Origin: a virus
Taxonomy: Duplodnaviria; Caudoviricetes
Strand: one strand, 5' to 3'
DNA length: 59,362 nt
Virus record (IMG/VR): IMGVR_UViG_3300030106_002463
Location: 1 to 59,362 of that record
This document shows, one piece after another, positions 9,009 through 20,800 of this stretch (its first letter is position 1; each line of letters starts with the position of its first letter). The notes under the pieces were generated by a model. That model saw nothing but the letters and a program-made list of their open reading frames with translations, had not been told where the DNA came from and searched no databases. Made by a program: the position numbers and the translations under genes.

Positions 9009-11750
9009 ATGTCTACTGATCTTGAGTTTGAGAATACGACCTTTGAAGAAGGTGTTGATAGCAACGAAGAATATCAGACTGACTTTGGGACTATCGGCTC
9101 TGTTGGTGAGAATGAGATTTTCCAGACTCTTCCCGATCAGCAACCTCAGTTTCTTGATTACGACATCCAGGGTTTAATTGAACAATCTGGCATTGACTTT
9201 GGGGGTATTGGTTCAGTTGGGGAAGCTGAAATCTTTCAAACTTTCCCTGAAGAGGAGCTGGAAGTACAAGAGCCTCGGTTCATAGTCGGGCCAGATGGTC
9301 AGGTCTTGCCCGTCAGAGATGAGCTTCTTGCTCAGAACTTTCCCGATCAAGACCCTCTTTCATATGATTTTTACTCGGCTTTAGACCAAAGCTACAGATT
9401 CTTAAATCCTCAGGACATGGTGCCTGAAGGAATAGAGGCTGTTTACGGACCCACGGAAAGAGATCCGTTCAGGCAGGACTGGTCTGAAGCAGAGTTCAGA
9501 GTTCCTGTTGATTACGAAGGGGAGTTCCTGACTGGCGACGAGATGAATGTCGTCCAGGCTGCCTATGACTTCGTAGGCTCTCTGGCTCTGGAAGCCCAGG
9601 ATGCTGGCTACACCTCTACGAGAGACTACCTAGCCGCCATGCAGGAGTATGAGCCGAGCAAGTACAACGCCCTCGCTAACGCTCTCAACTCCTACGCAGG
9701 GGTAATCGATCAGTACGGAGACCAGTACAAGTTCCAGGCCGCTCTGCATGATGCTGAACAGATCTCTGTTGACCCCATGCAGAGAAATGATCTCATTAGA
9801 TCCTCAATGGATCTGTTGAGAGATTACGTTGCTGCCGGGATTGTTTCACGGGAGGAGGCTGCTTACTTAGCCCAGGATCCGGTTGGTTTAATATCTCTTA
9901 TAGCTTATGGAGATTTTACCCCGCAGTCGGCACAGGTTCCCGCTCCTCCCACCGAGACTACTCCCGCCACTACCACTCAGCCTGCCCCCGCCACTCCCGA
10001 AACGGGCGGAGAAACCTCGTTCTCTTGGGATGACTCCGATAATCGGGATGCTGAAACAGCAGTCGATGAAGTTACCGAAGAACAGGTCGATGCCCAGACT
10101 GGTATCGAAACTGTTGAGTCCGTTGGTGAGGAAGCGATTCAAGAAGAGGATACTGCTGGGGGCATAGCGGAAGTTGATGCAAATGAAAATACTGAAGACA
10201 ATGTAGTCCGTGACGCAGAAGGAAGAACTGTAACCTACCCCGTGTGGGATGAGGATGAGCAGTACCCCTTAGTCTTCGATGGCTCTAGATTCATCCCCCC
10301 GGCTGTGGCTGGTCATAGCACATTTTTCGATCAGACAAGCGGCAGAGAGTACATCGTCGATGAGAATGGGGAGATAGTTAAAGATATAACTAATTACCCC
10401 AGAAGCCCTATCGGTGATGCGCCTGACGCTCCTGCCGATGACGGGATAACGGCAGTCGATGTCCCGGTTACGAGCGAAGGCGTTTACGATCTTTCCGCAG
10501 ATTCCCAGAGGGCTTTATCTGACGTTGCCGATTTTTACACTGGCCCCGAAGCTACGTTAAATCTAGGGGAAGCATTTAGAACAAACTTTGGATATTCCGA
10601 TCCTATATACGATGAAAGCTTGTTCACAGAAACTGAACGACCTGACTGGTACGGTGACTACCCAAATCTTCCTGTTGTTACAGTGTTTGTTGGGAACGAA
10701 AGAGTTATGAATCGAAGAGGGCGGTATGAAAACCGGGCAGTTTTTGAAGAGCGGTATCTCTCCAGTCCTAGTGATGCAGGATTGGTAAACTACGAAGATC
10801 AGTCTGTATTAGAGTACAGCGATCGGTTTGACTGGGGAGGAAATGACTCTGAGTGGCTGAATGAAAAGTATCGTGAGTTCGTTAAAACGAGACCACACGA
10901 TAGGCCAGCAAGAGCTTTTTCTGGTGAACGGGGATTTGGAAACCCTTGGTCTTTTGATATTGCAACCGAGCCCATTGTTCAGCAAAGCCTGTTTGAAGCC
11001 CTTGTGGATTACTCCGATACTACAGGCATTTCCATAGATCAGATACACAATACTCAGTACGATGACATAGGTGCTTGGGGCCGGGGGAACAATGATGTCT
11101 TTGATATAGAGCATTTCATGACTGGATCTGAGGAATCCGGCTGGGAAGGCTTTATACCTGTATTCCAAGATATTGCCAGAGAGTTTGGTCTCGGAACTGT
11201 TGGCTCTGAACAAGATCTAATTGGTATGGCAGAATTAGAAAGAATGGCTTTTCTCTCATCTGCTGTACTCAGGCCGATGGTAAGACAGGTTAACTCTATT
11301 ATTGAAGAAAGGGAAGGCGGGTTTGATTTCGATCGAAACGTCTCGATACCTTCTGAGTACGAAAATAGATTTGGATTAAGAACTCCTGATTACCTGTCGC
11401 AGACCTTGATGGTTGGTGGCCCTGATAATGAGGTCGCCCCGATTATCTCTGGTACTTCTGATGTAAACATGGCTGAAGGCGGTTACATCGGTGGAGTCGC
11501 AGGCGGAATGGATGACACTATCCCCGCGTCGATCGATGGGTCTCAGCCAGCAGCCCTCTCCAGCGGAGAGTTTGTCGTACCGGCAGATGTGGTTTCCCAT
11601 CTTGGGGATGGGAACAATCAAAATGGAGCTGCAAAGCTCTATAATTTTATGGATCAAGTCCGAACGGTAAAGACTGGATCAATCGAACAGCCTGACCCTT
11701 TCAATGATGGAATCATGGCGAATATGATCGGAGAGCCTTATGGGCAGTAG
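9009..11750 (+). CDS. Large acidic internal virion protein with C-terminal MAEGG...GEFVVPADVV domain
   Basis: 913-aa ORF; C-terminus GGMDDTIPA...LSSGEFVVPADVVSHLGDG. Confidence 0.6.
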   Translation: MSTDLEFENTTFEEGVDSNEEYQTDFGTIGSVGENEIFQTLPDQQPQFLDYDIQGLIEQSGIDFGGIGSVGEAEIFQTFPEEELEVQEPRFIVGPDGQVLPVRDELLAQNFPDQDPLSYDFYSALDQSYRFLNPQDMVPEGIEAVYGPTERDPFRQDWSEAEFRVPVDYEGEFLTGDEMNVVQAAYDFVGSLALEAQDAGYTSTRDYLAAMQEYEPSKYNALANALNSYAGVIDQYGDQYKFQAALHDAEQISVDPMQRNDLIRSSMDLLRDYVAAGIVSREEAAYLAQDPVGLISLIAYGDFTPQSAQVPAPPTETTPATTTQPAPATPETGGETSFSWDDSDNRDAETAVDEVTEEQVDAQTGIETVESVGEEAIQEEDTAGGIAEVDANENTEDNVVRDAEGRTVTYPVWDEDEQYPLVFDGSRFIPPAVAGHSTFFDQTSGREYIVDENGEIVKDITNYPRSPIGDAPDAPADDGITAVDVPVTSEGVYDLSADSQRALSDVADFYTGPEATLNLGEAFRTNFGYSDPIYDESLFTETERPDWYGDYPNLPVVTVFVGNERVMNRRGRYENRAVFEERYLSSPSDAGLVNYEDQSVLEYSDRFDWGGNDSEWLNEKYREFVKTRPHDRPARAFSGERGFGNPWSFDIATEPIVQQSLFEALVDYSDTTGISIDQIHNTQYDDIGAWGRGNNDVFDIEHFMTGSEESGWEGFIPVFQDIAREFGLGTVGSEQDLIGMAELERMAFLSSAVLRPMVRQVNSIIEEREGGFDFDRNVSIPSEYENRFGLRTPDYLSQTLMVGGPDNEVAPIISGTSDVNMAEGGYIGGVAGGMDDTIPASIDGSQPAALSSGEFVVPADVVSHLGDGNNQNGAAKLYNFMDQVRTVKTGSIEQPDPFNDGIMANMIGEPYGQ

Positions 11751-12657
11751 CGGTGGCGGTGGCACTCAAAGAGTCATACAGGATCTACCGGAATGGTCTA
11801 AGCCTTACTGGCAGGGCATCGCTTCTCAGGGAAGGGCGTTAGCCAGAGAGCCTTTTCAGCAGTATCAGGGGCAGCGTATTGCTGGCTTTACCCCTATGGA
11901 GCGTCAAGCTTTCGAGGGTGTCCAGACTATTTACGACCAAGGCGCTAGACCTGAACTAGATCAGGCAAGAGGCATTGCTACTCAGGCTTCTCAGGTGGGG
12001 TTTGATACCCCTATGTTTCCAGATCAGGCTCAGAAGTACATGAATCCATATCTGGAAAATGTTCTAGATCTTGGCCGAGATCGCATGATGAGCGATTACC
12101 AAGGCGCGATGGGGGATGCAAGGAGAAGATCTTCTGACGCAGCCATCCAGTCTGGAATCATGGGAGGAAGAGGAACTCTCATGGGTGCTAGGGAGGCTGG
12201 CAGGGTTTCCGATGAAGCTTTCCGAGCGATGAGGGAGTATGAAGCTGATACCAGATTCAGAGCTTTCGATCAGGCCCAGCAGGCTTTCGCCAGCGATGTT
12301 GCAGCTAGACAGGCTGGAGCAAGAATCGGCTTAGATGCAGGATCTCAGTTGCAAGCGCTTGCTCAGACCCAGCAGGCTCAGGCCCTAGAGAGAATCAACG
12401 CTCTTCAGCAGGCCGGTGTTCGCGGTAGAGAGATGCAGCAAGCTATTCGAGATCAAGCATATCAGGATTTCTTGGATAGAAGAGATTGGAGAAGGAACCA
12501 ACTCAAGGAATATGTTGGAATTCTTTCCGGAACTCCCTACGCGACCGCAATAAACCAGACAACGAGAAGTGGTGGCGGCGGTCCCGGTATCGGTCAGACA
12601 ATCGCAGGTTTAGGCATCGCAGGACTTGGCGCGTATGGCGCGTACAAGGGCGGGTGA
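11740..12657 (+). CDS. DNA-transfer / pilot-type internal virion protein
   Basis: Gln/Ala-rich helical protein with PFQQYQGQRIAGFTP, YMNPY and C-terminal GLGIAGLG segment. Confidence 0.65.
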   Translation: MGSSGGGGTQRVIQDLPEWSKPYWQGIASQGRALAREPFQQYQGQRIAGFTPMERQAFEGVQTIYDQGARPELDQARGIATQASQVGFDTPMFPDQAQKYMNPYLENVLDLGRDRMMSDYQGAMGDARRRSSDAAIQSGIMGGRGTLMGAREAGRVSDEAFRAMREYEADTRFRAFDQAQQAFASDVAARQAGARIGLDAGSQLQALAQTQQAQALERINALQQAGVRGREMQQAIRDQAYQDFLDRRDWRRNQLKEYVGILSGTPYATAINQTTRSGGGGPGIGQTIAGLGIAGLGAYGAYKGG

Positions 12658-12666
12658 GATAAGACA

Positions 12667-14850
12667 ATGAGTGCAAATCTTTTAGAACTACAAGAAATGC
12701 TTCGCAACATTGACATGGGCTCTGTCCAGAAGGTTGCATCCGGGCAGTCCGGAAAGGCTGCACAGCTTCTCGGCATGGACGAGCTTAGGCGTCGTGGCGA
12801 GCAGATGCAGGAAGCAAAGGCCAATCAGGCCGAACAGCAGATGCAGCAGCCTCCGATGGTTGACCAGTATCTAGCAGCCTCTCAGCAGATGATGGGACAG
12901 TCCGCACCTATGCCCCCTCAGATAATGCCTGCCCCTGCACAGCAGGGGATCGGATCAATCCCCGGTGCGCCTTACGGGCCTATGTCGGGAGGAGATCCGC
13001 GTGCCGGTTACGGTCATGGTATGCCTCCTCAGATGAAATCCGCTCCCCCTCGTCCCCAGATGAACCCGATGGCTCCTGCCCAGCCTCCCCAGCAGATGCC
13101 TCCTCAAATGATGGCTACTGGCGGTGCTGTGATGAAAGCAAAAGAAGGGCCTACTAGATTTGCCGCCAGTCCACCGAAGTTGAATGTTTCCCAGAAGCAA
13201 GGATTTGGGCCTCTCGCAGTAGACTTCCTTGATTTTCTTGGCAGGAAAGACAAGGTGAAGGACAGCAGTTTAAAGTCTGAACTTGCCGCAATGCTAATGA
13301 TGGCTAACCCGCTCAGGGAAAAAACGACTTCTATCCCTGTTACCCCTTCCGGAATTAATAGGGTGATTGAGCTTTACAAGGCCGGAGGCAAGCGAGACCC
13401 AGATTACTATGATGAGGAATCCCAGATGTGGGTCAGAGATCCTCTCAAGGAAGATCAACTCTACCCTACTCCTCCTTCGTCCTTGGAGAAGATGCTTGGA
13501 TATTCTGACGGTGGGGCTGTCAGAAGGTTCGATGAGGGTGGAAGAGTTGATAGGATGTTTGAAATCTATCAAAACCTTAGCGATGAGCAGAGAGTAATTG
13601 CGGACAACATAATTGCTAAAGCGCAGACGTTAGGGATGGATCCAAACTTAGCTCTTGCTCAAGCGATAAACGAGTCAGGACTGGTTCCCGTCGCCAAATC
13701 CGAAAAGGGAGCCAGAGGCGTTTTCCAGTTAATGCCGGGGACAGCTAAAGACCTCGGAGTTGAAGACATCACTGACATCGACCAAAACATTATGGGTGGT
13801 CTGATGTATTACGGGCAGATGTTAAACAAATACGGAAACGAAGCAGACGCTCTCGCAGCCTACAACGCTGGACCCGGAGCGTTCGACAGGTATGGAGGAA
13901 TCCCTCCGTTTGAAGAGACGCAAAACTACGCCAGAGATATACCGCTCTTGAGAGACCGTATCGCTTCGGCTCGTGCTGAGAGTGAAATTCCTTTGGGTCC
14001 GTCTATCCCGGAAGGCCCCGCAGATGAAGGTCTCACGCAAGCAGAGAGATTCCGTAGGCAGGCTCAAGAAATGAGAGGCGGCAGACCGCCTGAGACTACC
14101 CTGCCTTTTTCCACTCCGACAGGGAGGACGACGGTATCGGGGATACCGATACTGGATATGAATACAGGCAGAGGCGATGTTCCCGAGCCTGTTGATGTAG
14201 CCAGGGCGTTGCCTCCGGGAGTATTCAGAGAATCTCAAATGAAACAGCTTCCCCGTGAGTACGGAAGTATATTCAAAGAAAGACCCGAATTATTCAATGC
14301 AGCCCCCGGCCGGGAGGCGAAGGTAGACGGGGAGGGGATGGTTGACGCTACAGATGAGATGTTTGATGAGATAGTAGATAAATCCAGAAAGATCAGGGTA
14401 GGACCGGAATCTTCTTCGTCCTCGGAAACTATCAAATCCGGAAAGCTTCGGCCTTTATTCGACATGATGATGCGTAGCGGCCTTGGGCTTGCTGCTGGTG
14501 AGAACATCGGAGAAGCAGGCATCGCTGGATTAACTCAGGCAACTGATCTCGCTCAGCAGAGAAGAGAGGACGCCAGAGCGGAAGCTGCCGATAAGCTTCG
14601 GGCTCGACTTGGAGAATCCGAGATAGAGCTTAACAGGTTAAGGGGTCAGGCTATTGGTGGTATGGATGCCTCGGAGGCAAGGCAAGCAGCCATCAAGGAA
14701 CTTACCGGCACCGATGTCGGCTTCCTCGCGAAGCCCGATGCAGAGCGGGAAGCCTTGATCCAGCAGGCTATGGTTAAATACATGAGAGGCGGCTACGGGA
14801 TGCCCTCTGCTAGCCCTCTGAACGTCACTCCGTTTAATGCGAATTATTAG
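12667..14850 (+). CDS. Internal virion protein with lytic transglycosylase (SLT) domain
   Basis: AINESG (catalytic Glu), SEKGARGVFQLMPGTA, ALAAYNAGPG and PPFEETQNY motifs at about 13640-13930. Confidence 0.88.
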   Translation: MSANLLELQEMLRNIDMGSVQKVASGQSGKAAQLLGMDELRRRGEQMQEAKANQAEQQMQQPPMVDQYLAASQQMMGQSAPMPPQIMPAPAQQGIGSIPGAPYGPMSGGDPRAGYGHGMPPQMKSAPPRPQMNPMAPAQPPQQMPPQMMATGGAVMKAKEGPTRFAASPPKLNVSQKQGFGPLAVDFLDFLGRKDKVKDSSLKSELAAMLMMANPLREKTTSIPVTPSGINRVIELYKAGGKRDPDYYDEESQMWVRDPLKEDQLYPTPPSSLEKMLGYSDGGAVRRFDEGGRVDRMFEIYQNLSDEQRVIADNIIAKAQTLGMDPNLALAQAINESGLVPVAKSEKGARGVFQLMPGTAKDLGVEDITDIDQNIMGGLMYYGQMLNKYGNEADALAAYNAGPGAFDRYGGIPPFEETQNYARDIPLLRDRIASARAESEIPLGPSIPEGPADEGLTQAERFRRQAQEMRGGRPPETTLPFSTPTGRTTVSGIPILDMNTGRGDVPEPVDVARALPPGVFRESQMKQLPREYGSIFKERPELFNAAPGREAKVDGEGMVDATDEMFDEIVDKSRKIRVGPESSSSSETIKSGKLRPLFDMMMRSGLGLAAGENIGEAGIAGLTQATDLAQQRREDARAEAADKLRARLGESEIELNRLRGQAIGGMDASEARQAAIKELTGTDVGFLAKPDAEREALIQQAMVKYMRGGYGMPSASPLNVTPFNANY

Positions 14851-14862
14851 GGATAATAGTTA

Positions 14863-17800
14863 ATGGCTTGGATTGATGGCGCAGAAAACGGAATCCAGTT
14901 GCCCGACGGGCAGGTTGTATCTTTTCCTCCGGGTGTATCGGAAGATCAAGCTTATGCACAGTTAAAATCTGAGCGACCTGAGCTTTTTGAAAAACCTTCT
15001 GGGTTTATTCCGGCTGCTCAATCTACCATAACGAGAATGGCAGGCGCTCTGTCTGCTGCCCCCTCGACAGTCCTTGGTGGTCTCGGCGACCAGAGGGCTT
15101 TGGATGAGGCGGGGAAGATCTACGAGCAGACCGCTAGGGAAGCTGCGGAGATTCTTCCTGAGCCTACTCAATACACCGACATCATCGAGGACTACAAGGA
15201 AGACGGTCTAGCAGAAGCAGCTAGTACCGCTTGGACGTTTGCTAGGGAACAGGTGGGTATATCCACCCCCTACATGGTTCCTGCGATGGTGGCGGGTAAG
15301 GTTGGCGCTTCAGATCTCGTAGCCGGATCTAAGCTTGGTCAGAGAGTCGGTACGGGGCTTGCCAGATTCTTGCCTGTCCTGAGAGCCGGAGCGACTGCTG
15401 CTCCTCACCCGTTGCTGAAGGCTGGCTTCGGTGCCGCTTTTGGTATCGGGACTCTCGCCACTCAGTTCTTTGCAGACAACCTTGAGCGACAGTACGAAGT
15501 TGCTTCCGAGGGTGGCGAGCAAACCGTAACCCCTGATGATATAAGCAACTTTGCTGCCGCCGCCGCCGCAGGCCCGCAGGCTGCGATGGACTACATCTTC
15601 GTTGCTCTGACCGGCGGGATCGGTCGGGGTGCCCAGCTTGCTGCGTCTCAGAGCTTGAAGCAGTCCCTCGCTGCCACCACTACTCAGGCTGGTAAGGCGA
15701 CACTGGGTAGAACTATTGGAAGAGGAGCGGTGGAGTCCTTAACGGAGTTTCCCACCGAGTTGATGCAGACCGTTCTCGAAAGAGCGCAGGCTGGGGAGTC
15801 GATCAGCTTCGACGACGCTGAGTTCGTGGACGAGATGAAGGCAACTATCGCAGGGACGATCCCCGTGGTTGGAGCTTTCGGTGCTGCCGGTACATACAGA
15901 TCTCATAGGGCCAACAAGAAGGCTGAAGAGAACTGGAACAAGATGTCTGACGAGGAGAGACGGCTTCGGAAGAGCCAGGACTCCCAGAGAGAGGCCGCCA
16001 GGCAGGCAGAAATCGAGAGAGCGGAGAGGATCCAGTCTCAGAACGAGGCTAGATGGCGTGCTGCCAACGAGCAGGCCGCCCGAAACAATGACACTATCGA
16101 GCAGGCCGCGCTACAGGCTCAGGAGAATACTCCTGTCGAAATTGAAGATGTCATCGAGGCCGCTGATTCCAGAAACATTCTTGTCGATACAGACGGTTTC
16201 AGGGCGTTCGTTTCTAGGCAGACAGGAGGAAGAACGCCGAACCTCAAGAAAACAACGAATCAAGAAAGAAGACGTATAAGATCTATCCTTTCAGGGTTAA
16301 AGGTTCAAGAGTTCGTCGAGGAAGATGGCGGGGCATACATGCCCATGTTTACCCGGAAGCAGTTTGACAATGCTGTGGAAGGCACTAGGAAGTCCAAATC
16401 GATCGATTCCGACGTTGTACGCCAAGTCCTTGGAATGGGCGTTTCCGACACGGACAAAGCAGTCGCAGCCACCATTGTTAAGGAAATGGAAACGAGGGGA
16501 TATGCGAAAAGGGAAAAGCAAAAAGATGGAACGAATCCATTAAAGCCTAGAGACAATGCTTATACGGAAGATAATTACGAAGAACTTCTCAAGATAGGCC
16601 AGGAGAACGGTCGTATTACTCAGGGAGACTTTGAAAAGGTTACTCGAAAATATGGACGTTCTCCATATAAAGCATTTATTTCTGACATGCGGGTCAGGGG
16701 AGACCTACACAAGACCGATAAGGTCAAGGGTGTCTTCACCCCTATCACATATCAGGATATCCAAGAGGCGGACGACGGCAGAACTCTCACGGTAGGCGAT
16801 TACGAAGTCACTACCGAACCCGCCGAAGGCTACTTTGTCCGTGGTCCGAATGGAGAGATCGTTGATGGCGCACTCAGCAGGAAAGATGCTGTTGAATCCG
16901 CCCAGATCCTGAAGCATCGGAGCCGAAGCTACACGATCAAGAAGAACGGTCAGGCAGTAAAGACCTACAAGAACAAGAACAACGCGCGAGATGCAGCGGC
17001 TCTCATTCAAGAAGCTGATCCCGCCGCGAGAGTTGAAGTTTCCTCTAATGCTCCTGTCGGATTTACCGTAGACAAAAACAAGTCTAAGGGATTCTCCACT
17101 ATTGAAAGAGTTAACGAAGAGGGGAGAAGGACTTCTGTTCTTGAGTACGGATTCTCTCCCGACGAGAATGCCGCGAATGTCCTCAGAGACGAGAGAATTT
17201 CGGAGATCACTCCGGGATTAGCCGACTGGGACGTTAGAAGCGTTAAGGAAAAAGATCGCGCCCGTGAAAGGCTTAGCGGATTCCTTAGGGCTAGAGGCGT
17301 AAGACTTGATCCGGCTCAGCGGGAAGAGTTTACCACTCCGGACGAGCGAACAAGCTTCGATCCTGAAAGAAGAATCGAAGGGGATCAGACTCAGAGAAAT
17401 CAAACGATCCTCAACGAACTTGAGCAGGCTCTTGTAGACGCTGGGATCGATCAAGATGTCGCCGCCAAGGTGGTCAACGAGTCGGTCAACGCAGAAGGCT
17501 TCTTTGACCCCAACCTCGGCGGGCTGAGAACTCTCGCTGTAAACCTGAATCACCCGACAGTCCGTAACGCAAAGACGGAAGCGGAGCTTCGTCAGGCAGT
17601 TCGTGGCATCGTGAACCACGAAGCGATCCACGCTATGAGGGATCTCGACTTGTTCACCATGAACGAGTGGAACGCCCTCAAGAACGCAACCCTCCGCGTC
17701 AAGCGCAGCGACGGCAAGACGTTCGCTGATTGGGCTCAGGAAACTTACGAAGGAATTCCCGGCTACGAGACCAAGGAGTCCGTCGAAGAAGAAGCGGTAG

Positions 17801-20800
17801 CTGAGATGTACCGCCAGTTCTACTCGGATCAGAATGTCCGTCGGCAGATCGCTGGTCAGCCCAGAACTCTGCTTGAGCGTATCCAGAGATTCATGGAGCG
17901 CCTTGTAAATGCGTTCAGCGGAATTGGATTCGGTGATGCTTCTCAGGTTATCCAGGGTATCGGGAAGGTTCAGGCCAGAGAGAGAGGTCAGGTCAGAACC
18001 CTTAAGGATACGGAAGCCTTATCCCAAAGAAACGCAGCAGCAATCCGAAGGCAGGTTGAGCAGCGGCAAGCTGAAGCTGAACAGCCTGAATCGAGAGAAG
18101 GAAAGAAGCCTCTCAAACGACATTCGATTACTGGCCCTCGAATGCTTGAAGAGTTTGAGCGCAGGGAAGAAGTCTCGGATCAGGAATTTCAAGACCAATA
18201 CAACGAAGAGCTTTCCAGAAGGTCTGTAGCAGGAACGAACTCTACCATCCTTACTGTTCCTGGGGACTTTATGCCCTCAGATATGACGGCAAAGTTCTCC
18301 ATTGACGCAAGTAATATGTCTGATTCAGACTTGCTCATCACTAAGAATTCAAACATACCAGAAGTTCTAGAATATTTAAATGTAGATGCAGACCCCAATG
18401 AAATTGGGGAAATTCAGGACGTTCTGGCGACTATCAACAGAGCGATAGTAGGAGTCTTGAGTGGTGAAAGAGAGAGACTCAGAGCCTTAGATTTAAACGA
18501 AGAGGATATCAAGAAATTAGAAGGAGTCTTAAAGTTTACGCGAGTAGACTACGGATCCAACGGCCTTCACCAGCTAGAAAGAGAGATTGCTACCCAATAC
18601 GGTAGGACAGATTTCGGCGGGGACTTGATAGACTCGTACAGGCAGTTTGCGAATTCTGCGTTCGGCTACGAAAGTGAGCCTGGGAGAATCCTCTCTTCTA
18701 TGGTTGACGAAGGATACGTCATCTCTGGCGTTCAGAATGATTATGACTTTGGCATCTCTTTCGTTGACCCCACCAGCAGGTCAGCGAGCGAAGAAAACCT
18801 CACCTTGCCAGTACCTTTGACTGTTGCTCTTCATGACTTAGGAAAACTCAGAAAAGAAATAAAGTCAGGAAAAGAATTAAGCGCAGGAACTATCGCTTCT
18901 CTCCATCAAAGATATGTTTCTCCAATATTGAATTCTTTCAAAAGCGGATCTCTCGGAGCCCCAGAGGGTAGAACGATATTAAGAAGTTTGGACTTTAGTC
19001 CCGAAGGATTGAAATCTGGGTTAAAGATGGTCTCTGCCGGAGCTTCTATGGCAGCGTACCCGTTTCATCAGAGTAATTTCGAGAACAACTCTACCCTATT
19101 TGAAGCTATTAACAATCTTAAAACAGGGATGTCTGAGGGAGACGTACATAAGTTAATAGATTATTCCTTATCCATACCTTATCAAAGAGCGCACGCGGCC
19201 ATATTCAAATACATATTCGAGAGAACGTCTTCGGATAGCACTACTCCCCTCTACAGAGGGACTTCTCTCTCTAGGTTCCTGTTTGACATTTCCTCAAAAG
19301 AAGAGTCCAGATCTGTATCTGACCCTTCTTATAAAACGGCTTTGGATTGGGCAAAGGATAAAGCTGTCGGCAGGGAAATATCTATAGATGGACTTGGGGA
19401 ATTAAGTTCAGATGCAAACGTGAGCGACGGAGACTTTAATGAGGGAGTTTTGCTCGTACTCCCTGTTGGTTCAGTAAAACAGCAAGCTCCGTCTACGGCA
19501 AGGTTCACCAGTGAAGCCGGTTCCTTCACTTCGGGAACCTTTACCGTCAGAAATATCGTTACATATAGTAACCCGTCTGAGTTCATCGAAGCTCACATTA
19601 AGGCTTTTGGCAATCAGATTATCGACGCAGCGGAAATAAAGAGAAAGGTTTTGAATGGAGAATTAAATAAATCAGATATAATCGACGGCTTCATACCCAG
19701 TGTAAACAAAGGCTTTTCTGGGTTGTCTCAAGATCTTTTTTCGGAAATAGAAGAAGACCAAAATTCTTTTATCGAATGGTCTGGCGCAGTTGACAGTCAG
19801 GCAAGTCAAGTAAACACAGAAGAAGAAAATTATCTCTATAACGATTTAGACATTCTCGTAAAAGTTTTAAACTTAATGATGGCTGATGGTGCTTTAGATG
19901 ATTTTAACGATTCGTATTCTTACTACCTGGCTAACAAACCGGAAGCCGAAAATGCTTTTAGCGTATCCAGCAATGGAAGCATACAGTTTAATGACGAAGC
20001 ATACAGGCGTTATCTATACGATCTGGAAGAACAGGGCAAACCTGTATCTGAAAAGACTGTAGAATTTTTAAATCGTTCCGTGCGGAAAGATCCAGATTTC
20101 AGAACGAGTCTCGTTCGTGCGATTTCTTACCTCACGTCCGGACGAGCGAGTGAATCACCGGCTGACCTCCTCGAAACTCCTCATATACCGATAGATCCAG
20201 ACGAACCGTTTAGCTCTATTTTTAGCGGAATAGGGTATACCCAAAGAAATGCTGCCGGTAATGATCTTGGAGTTCCCAGAGAGATTCGATTCGATTCGGA
20301 GGGGACTCGGCTAGGTAGGGGAGCAATCGTAACGCTATCCCAAACCAATAACGAAATGAGAAGTTTCGGAGGTAAGTTTTTAACTGACGAAAACGAGGTC
20401 ACGGAAAGAGCGCCGGTCATTGGATGGACTAGACCGCCGAAGTGGTCGATCGTCAACGTAGACGAAGAAGGGTTCCAGTTAGTCGGAGGCCAGACAGGAT
20501 CGAACGAAGGGGGTATGTATAGAAACGAAGAGACTGGCGAGCAGTATTACGTCAAGACTCCGAGAGACCCCGACATCGGAAGAAATGAGATCCTTGCAAG
20601 CAAGCTCTACCAGTTAGCTGGTGTTGAAGTTGCCAATGCTGACCCCGCAGTAAGAAACGGGGAGTTCTCCGTAGCCTCTACATTCGTCCCCGGTTTAGAG
20701 ACTGATCAGATGCTCTTAACCGAAGAGAGAGTTCCCGGTGTTCAGGAGAACTTTGCTGTTGACGCATGGCTTGGCAACTGGGATGTCATCGGCCTTGTAT

